The position numbers and the translations under genes were made by a program. From positions 96,001 to 160,000 of the IMG/VR virus record IMGVR_UViG_3300033067_001661: a stretch of DNA of 64,000 nt; one strand, 5' to 3'. Positions 35,515 to 46,500 of this stretch are shown here, one piece after another; the stretch's first letter is position 1; every line of letters starts with the position of its first letter. A model generated the notes under the pieces. That model was not told the DNA's origin. It searched no databases and saw nothing but the letters and a program-made list of their open reading frames with translations. This DNA comes from a virus (lineage: Duplodnaviria; Heunggongvirae; Uroviricota; Caudoviricetes).

Positions 35515-36629
35515 GCCTTCTTTGAGTTGAAAAAGTCGCTATACCTTTCTTTTATCTCGTCCCAATTATAATCGGCAAGAACTTCTTGATATCCGTCTTC
35601 TCCTAGGGAATCTACAAGAGACTTGTCAGAAAGAAGCTCATCTATATGTTTCTCAAAAGCCAAAGAAACAGCAGCGTCAAACTTCTTCATCTCTCTCGGT
35701 CCCGTTACTGAATCAACACAGAAACCGCCCTTCAAATCAGCAACATGACCAACGTTCAAAGCAATCCACGGCTTCTTAGCAGCCATTGCCTCTAAAAGAA
35801 CTATCGGCCCGCATTCTTGCTGAGACGGAAAAACAAAAGCATCGCTTGCAAAATAAGACTGAACAACATGAGACCTTGGAATGTCATTCAAAAACTTCAC
35901 AGGAAGGCCTCGGCATTGATTTGTAATCATCTCCCTCAATCTATTGCCGGGCTGGAAAGCAAGGGTTGAAGATATAAAGACGAATGTAAAGTCCTTACGT
36001 TTTCTACTCAACCTGGCTATGATTGGCGTCAAAAACTCTTGACCCTTCCCAGGGAAGAAGTTAGAAACACAGAGCAGCATCTTTTCTGTGTTTATGCCGT
36101 AATGCAATTTGAAATCAAAATCAGACTTAACAAACTCGCTCATGTCAACCGAATTGTGAATTATTCTAACAGGGATACCCCAGTCTTTACAAGTCTTAAC
36201 GTCAATATAAGACTCGGCATGAGCTAGAACCTTGAATTGTTGATGGTTTCGCCTAAAAAGCTCAGCAATGGCCTTATTTTGAGGTATTTCGGACCTCATT
36301 CTATTCATGCCAACAAGAGCAATGCTTTTATCAGAATTGATTTTCTCAAGATTCTTCAGCATGGCTGGCCACATAAAGAACCAGTCGCTGTAAACCATAA
36401 TATGATCAGCACCTTCAGAAACAAGAAGTTCTATGAACTGTTGCTCATTCAAAAAGCCAACAGGAACAACTTTTACTCCGTTATGATATACAGAATGAGT
36501 GCCATGCTGACAGAAAACCGTACATAAGTTACCTTTAGAAACGATATGTTCAGTTATTTGCTGAACTATCCGCTCGGCTCCACCCGTATGAAAAGGTTGG
36601 GCAAAATTTGTGCAAACAATAAGCTTCAT
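35502..36629 (-). CDS. Glycosyltransferase family 4 (GT-B)
   Basis: GGAER, KGQ, FVFPSQQECGPIVLLEAMA. Confidence 0.9.
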   Translation of the reverse strand: MKLIVCTNFAQPFHTGGAERIVQQITEHIVSKGNLCTVFCQHGTHSVYHNGVKVVPVGFLNEQQFIELLVSEGADHIMVYSDWFFMWPAMLKNLEKINSDKSIALVGMNRMRSEIPQNKAIAELFRRNHQQFKVLAHAESYIDVKTCKDWGIPVRIIHNSVDMSEFVKSDFDFKLHYGINTEKMLLCVSNFFPGKGQEFLTPIIARLSRKRKDFTFVFISSTLAFQPGNRLREMITNQCRGLPVKFLNDIPRSHVVQSYFASDAFVFPSQQECGPIVLLEAMAAKKPWIALNVGHVADLKGGFCVDSVTGPREMKKFDAAVSLAFEKHIDELLSDKSLVDSLGEDGYQEVLADYNWDEIKERYSDFFNSKKAWLG

Positions 36630-36630
36630 A

Positions 36631-37341
36631 TTATCTCATTGGCAAAAACGTCTTACCAGACCATTTCTTCTTAAACTTATCGTAACTCTGCGTGAAAAAC
36701 TTCATCCTATCCTTATCTTTACCTAGGGTCTGATGCGGTAAGTGATCTATCTTCGCTAGGCTATTCCAGCCTATTTTGAAACCAGCCTCTCTTGCCCTAA
36801 AGTTGAAATCAGGATCTTCAAAATAAGCGGGATTGAACTGCTCATCAAAAAGTCCTAGCTTATCAACAACCTCTTTCTTTACCATCATTCCGCCGCAACC
36901 GACATAGGTATATGGATCGCCTTTCTTCTTGCAGTTATGTCTTGGCATGAAACTCGAATCCATAAGCCAAGCATCCGCTCCAACTAAATCGTAATTACCG
37001 CTCTCCATAAACTCATGATATTGCTCAAGCCATCCCGCTCGAACAAACTGATCATTATCAAGAAAACACAAAAGTTCTGTTGGGTCAGATTGATAAAGAG
37101 CATAACCCATGTTACGCCCGCCAATAACCCCAAGATTTCTGTCGTTGATAACGAGAGTATGGTTCTTAAACATTGAAAGAGCATCTGTCAAATACTCTTT
37201 CGTTCCGTCTATAGAACCATTGTCAATCATAATAAGATTGAAAACTGAAGGTTCTGTATATTTGAAAAGTAGTTCTATGAATTTCTCCGTTACAGCTTTG
37301 CCATTATAGGAGAGAACTACTATAGTTGTTTGCTTCGTCAT
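36631..37341 (-). CDS. Glycosyltransferase family 2
   Basis: IVVLSYN, IDNGSIDGT, GRNMG, FLDND, AYFEDPDF. Confidence 0.9.
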   Translation of the reverse strand: MTKQTTIVVLSYNGKAVTEKFIELLFKYTEPSVFNLIMIDNGSIDGTKEYLTDALSMFKNHTLVINDRNLGVIGGRNMGYALYQSDPTELLCFLDNDQFVRAGWLEQYHEFMESGNYDLVGADAWLMDSSFMPRHNCKKKGDPYTYVGCGGMMVKKEVVDKLGLFDEQFNPAYFEDPDFNFRAREAGFKIGWNSLAKIDHLPHQTLGKDKDRMKFFTQSYDKFKKKWSGKTFLPMR

Positions 37342-37342
37342 T

Positions 37343-37552
37343 TTACATTCGGTTTACTTTGTCAAGCTTCAAAAGATCAGCATCAGAAATCTCACCTGTC
37401 TGGCAAAACTTCTTTATTTTGTCCAAAGAAACACCAGACAGTTGCGATATCATTTCGCAATCATTACCCATAAATGACAATTCTTCTCTCATTGCCTCTT
37501 TAGATTGCAATAACTTGGATTTCTTCTTCACGGCTTTCTTCTTCATTGCCAT
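37343..37552 (-). CDS. Small HTH-like protein
   Basis: MISQLSGVSLDKIKKF resembles an HTH; fills the gap between two genes. Confidence 0.5.
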   Translation of the reverse strand: MAMKKKAVKKKSKLLQSKEAMREELSFMGNDCEMISQLSGVSLDKIKKFCQTGEISDADLLKLDKVNRM

Positions 37553-37558
37553 ATTTCC

Positions 37559-40500
37559 TTACACTATTTCAACGGTATTCGATTGGGTTGCCGTACCTAC
37601 GCTAATACCGTCAAACGGAATTACTTCGGCTTTCCATCTCTGTCCAGAAGCGGTATTCACAGCCGGAACAATTCGGACATTCTGTAGAGATGGAACCTCT
37701 TCAAAGGTTGAAGAGCCGCTCAAGGCCCTAAACCATCTAATCGAACTCTGGTCGTTCTGAGTGCTTCCTTGCTGCTGAGATTCAGCGTCAACATAGGTAT
37801 ATGTCAACTGCAAAGCAGACGCAGAAGAGGCCGTTGGGCTAGGCGATACAGTTACATTCCTAACCGTAGGAGGATCATTTTCTACGGAAACGGCAGCGCT
37901 TGTTACTGGATTTCCAATGATATTCTGAGAAGCAGGAAGTATTGTAACCTCTAGAACATTACCAATGGCAATACCAACAATGTTATTCTTGACTTCACCA
38001 GGTATGATTTCATTATTGGATATTCCACCAACAGTAACCCCAAGATCTCCTCTCTTGAACTCAATTCCATTGACATACCAAATTATCTGAGAGCTAGTAT
38101 TACCGTCGCCGTCTTGGAAGTAAGCAAAATCAGCAAACGCTCTTGTTGTTGTTGTTACTGTATCCTGTAGCGTTCCGTCATTCTTCTTACCCTTGATTGT
38201 TATAGCCGTTATAAATGGAGGAGCCTCTATTGCGGTAACGGAAGGAGAACGAACAATGTCGCTAAACAAGATTCCATCACTGGCCTTAATTGTTGCGTAA
38301 ACAACATCGTCAACCTTCAATATGCTTTCTCCCTTTTCTCTTGCATATTGCTCATAGCTTGTTCCTGCGGGAACATTTTCAGGTCTAAATGACAAAGCGT
38401 AAACCCATATTGGGTCATTAATGTCATTGATGTTATTCCAGATTCTTAGATTACGCAAGTATTCTATTTCAACTCCATTGATATACCAGCGTATAACAGT
38501 TTGATCTGTATCCTCGCTTCTCTGATTGATGTCAAAATACTTGTAAGACAAACTAATCGTCTGATAAATCGTCAATGTACTTGGAACAACTCTAAAGTCA
38601 GTAATAGTCGGCGGTCTCTGCGACAATGGAGGCGGCAAGAAAACATTAGTGTTGTACATATACGCAACACCATCTATTTCAACAGGATTGTAAGAATCCA
38701 TATTGAGGATTCTAACTCCAAGTCTTAGATTTCCTGCGTTCTCTATCGAAACAGAGAATGGTCCAAGCTGCTTAGAAGAAAATACAACAAGTCCCTCTTT
38801 AGGATAAAGTTCATATCCATCAGAGGCAACAGTCTCTCCGTCCTTATCAAGAATGGTTACTCTTGAAGTAACGTCCCACTTGCCATATCTAGCCTTCCAC
38901 ATAAAACCATTAACATTGTCAAGAGGTTCATTAAGAGTTGCGTCCTGCTCTTGATTGTAACGAATAGGTATGAATATCTTTCCATACCTATCCGAAGCAG
39001 GCTGAGCGCCACTATAGTAGTCAGACCAGTTATAAGACAAACTTGTTGTTGCGCCAACCTGTATGGTACTAAGATCTGGTTTATTTGCAGACACCGCAAC
39101 AGCTATTTGCTGAGGGCTAAAATCGGTTGTCTCTGGCTTCAAGTATATAAAGCTTTCAGTTGGTACACTATACTTAATGTTGATGGCAGTTAGAGCAGGA
39201 ACGCCAGGCGTTGGGATAAGATCATACTCGTTCTCTATATAAGAACTCAATCCGCTCAAAAGCGTGACCTTGAACTTGATATATCTAGCATTGACATTTA
39301 CAAGCGATATTTCTGTATTAGGATTGAATGAATCGCTGTAATCTGAATAGTTGAAACCATCTTCACTTGTCGCCATCCTCCAATTACCATCTGTATTTGG
39401 GTATAACTCATAGTCAAGAGATACGGTATTGATAATACTGTTCTTGCTCAAATCAATAACACACTCATACAACCCCCAACCAATTGAGCCTTCTACTCGA
39501 CCCAATGAGTTGTTCAATATCTCGTCAATATAAGCTGCGTCTAGAATGGTCTGGCTTTGTCCGCCAGTCTGATTAGCAATAGTGTCTAGAGAATCTGTAT
39601 CTGTTCGACTTACCAAGGCTGACAAAGTAACTGGGAAAACAACAGAGAAGTTATTGATAACAACAGGAACCTTACCAAAACCGTCGATTGCCTGAACGTC
39701 TTGTATTGCGGTATCAAGCGTATTAATTGAAAGATTCTCTTCATTATCAGTATTGACATAAATAACCTTGGCATATGGATCAAGGTCTTCGTCAAGCATG
39801 ATTACTGCATTTTTAACAAGAGCATCATAGAGAGGCGAAGCTCCAAAAGGAATTTCATTTCTAAGCCTTGTTAAGCCCTTAGCCATGTCCTCAAACTCTC
39901 CATTCTCGACATGAACAATGATTTGAGGTATCCATTCAATATCACTAAAATACTGTACCTCAGGACTTTCTAGCTGAGGAGTCTGCGGCGGATTGAGATC
40001 GAAAACTGGATTATCGCTTTCCTTTAGAGATTGGTCAATGGTTTGATTGTTTTCAGAATCTCTTCCTGGGTCATAGTTGTTTTGGTTGGAGCTTTGCTCG
40101 ACAGCTTGACTTCCTTCAACGCTTCGGCATCCTTCGAATTCTGTAATGTCTCCGCTGGAAGATCCTGAGGAGCCTCCCGAACCACCAGTGTTTGAGCCTG
40201 GCGTGTCTGAGCCTGCCGAACCATCTGTTGTATTATTCGTTGTTGTGGAGTCTTCATTGTCTTTGATATCTATTACTGTTTGACCATAATAAAACTCATC
40301 AAGAACCGTTATACGAACCTTAATGGTATAAGGATTCCTAACCTCGCCTTCTTTGATAAGGAGAGTATTGTTACCTTCGTTTCCGCCTTCACCAGCAACA
40401 GAATCTTGTATACCAAGCTTCTCTTTAATTTCAGATATCTTCTTCAAAATGTCATCGGCTCTTGGAAGCATAATGGTAGATGCTACACCGTCGTAGATAT

Positions 40501-43500
40501 AGAAATCGTTTGAGCTAAAAACAACAGGATAAACAAGTGCGTCTCTAAGCGCTTGATTGTCAGATTGTTGCTGCGATTGATCTCCACCAGCGGTTTGATC
40601 GTTTCCTGCTTGCGAATTTGGGAACAAGAGTATACCTTGAACCAAAACTCTCACTTCCTTCGTAGGATGTTCGCCTACGTCATTAAGCAACTCAATAGAA
40701 ACAGTTGCAGACTGCTTACCGTCAAGACGAATAGAAGACGGGCTAACTCTTGCTTTGATTTGCAAGAATCCGGCTGGGCGACCGCTTGTAAGACCGCCGC
40801 AAGAATAGACATATCTCCAGTTATCACTAGAACAACCAAAAGCTGTCTTAGCCGTAGGCATTCTTTTGCCTTCAGCATATGAATAAACAGGAGAGCCTTC
40901 GGTAATAATATCAAGAAGATTAAGAACTTGAGACTTATCGCTTGTTCCGCCTAAGAAATAATGCTGGTCTAGAATGCTAACACAAGTACCTCTATACCTA
41001 GGAGAAGGAATCTGCCTATAGATATAGTCGTCAAGCGTAATTTCAAGCGTATCCAAATCTATTTCAAATGCATCTGTAACAAACAACAAAGGCTGTTCGC
41101 CTGTCTCTTCATTTCTCTCTCCTGGTATCGCTCCGCCAACAACATGAATCTTTGTTTGATTTGCTTCTACAAACGCAAACGGAGAAACTCTATTATAGAG
41201 AGCTAATTCTTCATCAACAAACTGATTACTCCAACTCCATGTTAAAGTCTCAAAATCAAATACAAGAATTCTGTCATTAACAGCATCAATGCTGCCTCTT
41301 GTTCCAATCTTTCTTATACCACCAATAATGTATGCTTTACCATTTGAAACAACGCAAGCGCCCAAAGCGACTCCATATGTATTCTGGTCAAATACAGGCA
41401 TTGGAGCAAGCTCTTCCCATGTATCATTAGCGATATCATATCTTTCAACCGAACTAGAGATTACAAGTTCCGTTCCATTAGCTGTTATACCGCCAAAGAC
41501 ATATACATAGCCATAGTCCTGAACCGCCATGTGATAGAATCTTGGCGTATTCATTGACTTCTTAATGTACCACTTATCCTCGCCGATATCATACATCTCA
41601 TTATAAGACAAGATAGACTTACCGTTGAGGCCTCCTATCGCAAACAATCTTTCACCATAGGCGTCAAAATCCCAACTTGTCGTCAAGCAACCTCTTGGAT
41701 AGTTCATGGAGGCTTTTACTGCCCATTCATTAGTATAGGTGTCATAAACGTCAAGAGCAGCACTAAAGACATTGCTAACTTCGCCTTCCGGTCTATCCTC
41801 AGGGCCTTCTTCTTTAGGTTGAGAAGGATCGTACTTAATAGTAACGCAGCAAGTCATACTGCGCTCAACGTCGCCTCTCTTGTCATAGTTTGTTTCTGCT
41901 TGAACTTGAGCTTCAAAAGCAGATTCAGGACCAAAAGGAGCAACAAAGAACGAGGCAAAACTTCTAACATTGCCATCAGGATTCAATATTGGATCATTAA
42001 GTTTTTCCGTAAAGATCGTATCATTTTGTAATATGATTTTTTCTGGATTCTTACCGCCAATAGTCAAGAAAACAGGAGTTCCATTAGGAACAGGACGGCC
42101 CTTGAATGTTACTTCAAGAACAAACTCATGAACAGCAACTCCGTCGCAAAGAAGCTTTTCAACAGACTGACCGCTCCTTCTTATGTCAACAATAGATATA
42201 TCAAGAGGCTCTTTCAAATCAATAGTTGTTGGAGGGATACCAGTCTTTAGATCTCCTCCGCCGCGAAGATATCTTGTTTCTCCATTGAAGTTGACGGTTG
42301 TTCTACCATCAATAACAGACAATCCTTTTTTCTTAGCCAAACCTGGTGGAACTTCTATGCAATCGCATGAATTTGAAGATTGGCCAGAATCGCCATTATC
42401 ATCTCCTGCACCCGAATCAGGCTGCGGTCTTCCTATAAACTTGTTTATTCTCAAATAGAAAGTCGTTGTTCCGCCAGTTTGCGCAAGAGGAATCTGAGCA
42501 AAACCTTCGGACTGATTTGCCTCATTAACAACATACTCTTCTATGTCTTCGTCATAGACAACTTCCAAGTTATCGCCATATAGTATTTCAAAGCTGTCAC
42601 CAGACTCTATTTCAACTATTTGTCCATTATCAAGAACAAAGATTGGTCTGCTTGCGTTCTCTGCGCATTGTCTGAAACATTCAGCAGAAGAACCTCCAGT
42701 TACATTTGGATCATGATAAACAGTGCAACGAACAAGGCTATATCCGTCAGCATAAAGCGTGTTTACATACTGAGGCATATCCATAAGGAATCTTGAGCCA
42801 AAGCCTCTTCCTCCAAAATTAGGAGGATATATGATAGCCGGTCTTTCTTCAAAAGCGCTAAGACCGTCATAAACAACTGAAGCCTTAATAGCATAAAGTT
42901 CAGGAAGATAAATAACGTTACCTGGACATGGTACATAAAGCTCCCATGTAACTCCGCAAGCGGGGCCGAAGAAGATCCTTCTTGCCATACCGCCTCTCGT
43001 ATAAGAGAATACGCCTGGTCCTGCTGGAACATTATCTGTTGAATAGAATGGTCTATCCTTGGCGTTTCTTCCTTTTCTTAGATTCCAACGAACAACCTGC
43101 TGATCCGTGACAGGAATCTTTCTTGGCCTATCAATATTTGGGCTATCCGGATCAATGAGATAGATATTCGCCATCTGCTCAGAAACGTCAATACAATTTG
43201 ACTCTGGCGGTTCTATCGTTGTTTCAACTCTCAGTATGTTCTCAAAGACAATATACAACTTCTTACGAGCGTAGTAACCATTGAAACCAACTTTTGTAAA
43301 GAGCATTACCGCCTGAGGTGTTCTTGGGGCGCGAAGGGGAATGTCTGTATATGTAACTTGTCTTGTTGTTCCGTCGCTCAACCTCTGCAATCCAATTCTA
43401 AGAGGAATGGAAGTTGCAGGAGGTTGGACTGAACGACTTCTTCTCGTTGAGAATGTTGGAACAAACGGTCTTCTTTCGCTTGAACCGTCTGTTTGAGAAC

Positions 43501-46500
43501 ATGGATTGCTTCCCGATGCCTCGTCAGGATCGCATTGAGGATCAGAAGCTTCAAAGACAGCGGCGTTACAATTTCCGCCGTCAGGCAAAGCCTGTCCTCT
43601 ATAAGTAACAACAACTCTAGCCATGAACGGTCTTGAACGACGAACCCAACAGCCATCAAACTCCGCAAACTTATCAGGATCAAAAAGAAGACCACCAGAA
43701 GATATAAACTCTTGATCGTCAAGAGGAACGGTTTGCTTACATAGTATCTTTACCATGTCGCCACCGCTAGATGATTGATTATCTGGCAATGGATCGTTTG
43801 TTGAGCCACCAGCAGACCTTCTTCTCTTAGACTTCTTTCGAGTACCAGAACTTGTTATGGTTCCAAAATTTGCCGCATTGTCGCCTATATTGACAAGCTC
43901 CATTGCAAATGGATTTCTCATCTCTATAGTTACAGGCAGCGATTCAAACTGGAAAACATTCTCAGAAGGATTATCTCTATTAGGAATTTCATACGAAACG
44001 GTTATCTGAGCAGAAAGCGAGTTTATAGCAGAAAGAGTATCAAGATCAGGCGTCATCCTAAATACGCCTCTTATAAAGCCGCTTCCAATAACCGTAGAAG
44101 AAAGTATATAGCAATCCTCTGCCTCTGGGGTCAAAGTAGTAGTATTGATAACTTCGCCAAATACATCTTCCGCAAGTTGCGCAGAACCAACAGTAGCCTT
44201 AGCAGTGAACTTAATCCTGCTTGCGTCAGAAATAGGAGCGCCATACTCGTCTGTTATCTCAGCGTATAAAGCGACCCGTTGATCAAACCATGCTTCAATT
44301 TCTTTCTGGAATTTAACAGGAGCATTCCAACCCAAACTTATTGCGTTCTCGTTAACAACTTCGTATCTAAACTGCTTAACTTCAAGAAGCGGAATTCCAT
44401 CTTCATCTGCGTCGTCAAGAGGAATCGTCGAAACGTAAACAGGAGCAGACAAGTTGCCATATCTATCTGCGGCAACAACTGCATAATAGTTTACAATCTC
44501 ATTTTCAAGATTTCTGTCAACAAACTCTACTTGGCTTGGATTGCCGCTAAAAACTAGCAACGCAGAAAAGCTAACGCCGTCGTCATTGTTTATGATCGGC
44601 GGACCCGTATCAGACCAATATACAAAAATCTGCTCAACAGTATCGTTATTAATTGCATTCCATGTCAAATATGTCTTATGATTGCCTGCCCTGATTTGAA
44701 CATTTTCAACAGGCTCAATAAAAGGCGTCGTTATAGCCTTGTTCCTATCGTCTCTACTCTTGAAGGCAGGAATCTTAATAGACAAAATTGGAGAATCAGA
44801 ATCTAAGCTAAAGTTCCCTATAGCATTTTGCGAATAGATACGGAAGTTGTAAATTCTATCATGAACATAATCAAAAGGAAGGGTTACAACAAAATCGCCC
44901 GGTCCTGAATCTGCCTCATAAACCAAATCTCCGTCTTCTTCATTTGAGGGCTTTTCTCCAAAACCCTCAAACACAAGAACAGGTTCGGCGGGGGTTCCAT
45001 TGCTACTTACGGGTGTTTGATAAGAAAATACACCAGCACCAGCCTCTGCTTTTCTTATGATACGGACTTTACCGCCTTCAAAGTTATAATCGTCAGGAAC
45101 AGAGTATCTAACAGCAACAATTCTATCTCCATTATCCAATACTTTTTCAGAAACTCTTTCATAACGAACTGCGGCAGACGCAATATAGTTTACAGATCGA
45201 ATAGTATCATGAACGCTTATCTCAGTAAGCTTACCAAAGAAATGAGAAGCTTTTCCGCCAAGGTATATATGCATTGGCTCTTGACTATAGTAACCCAAAG
45301 CTGTCAAAGAACCGCTACCAGCCTCAACGCCATTAACATAGAACGTAGCCGTAAGAGCCAGGAAATCTACAGTAACAGCAACATGGCTCCAAGCATTAGC
45401 TGTCAAAGCAATATTAGAAGAAGCGAATGTCAAGTCGTCAAAGGTAAAGAACAAGGTTCCGTCCGTATTTGTTCCAAACCTAAATGACATCTTATCTAGA
45501 GAAATAGTCTCTCTAGATATAATGCTTCTCTTGGCTGCAAAATTAAACGGGTAAGCCCAAGCCATGAAAGTGTATTTTGTCTTAATAAACTTACCGTCTT
45601 CGTCGTATCCTAAAAGCTTAGTATCAGTTCCGTTAAACCTAATACCGCTGATGCCGCTTGGAACATCATTATTATTGAGCCAAACTACATCTTCGCTTGA
45701 AGACAAAAGCACAGGATTATCGCTAAAGTCATACGCAAACGTTCCTGTTGATTCATTAAGATGCCAAAGTCCAATAGTATTAGAGTCTCTTTTAACACCT
45801 GAACCTGCAATTGTTCTGTAAGTAAAACCGCCAACTCCACGAGGATAGATCTTGACTCTAGGAGAAGCCTTCAAAAATCTGCCGTTACTGAAAATGCCAT
45901 TTGAATCAAAGGTATATGCGGCATAGTAATATTGTTCGTTTTCTTCAAGCTCGTCGTCAAATGCTCTTTCAACAAAACCTTCTGTAACTATATCTCCGTC
46001 AAGAGGGCCTGTAGGATAAGCTCCAAGCTTTCTAATGATTCGAACACCAGCATATCCGCTTTCTTGATCGGCGAAGAAAGCAGAAGCAACGTCTGCTATA
46101 TTGTTTGTATTTACCTGATCTGTCTCTACAACCGCAAAGAAATTCAGCTTGATAGGAGTAGACCCAAGGCTTAGAAGATTATACTTCACTTCGCCGGGAT
46201 AAGTCGCTTCAAGCCTATCAATCATTCGTCTTGTTATTTCGTGCCTTAGCCCGCCGCTATCGTTCCAGCTAAGAGAACCGCTTTGGTCCATAACAACAGA
46301 AACCAACCTATCAGGAAGATTCAAGGCAACCTTATTCGTAGTTGAATCAATATCAACTATTTTGGTTTGCAAAAATACAGGCTCTAAGTCGTCTATATCA
46401 AACTTCTGAACAACCTTTGTCGCAATAGCCGACGCCGGAACAATCAGTTTACAAGCATTCTCATTTATAGAATCTCTAAACGAGTAAAATCTAATAGCAT

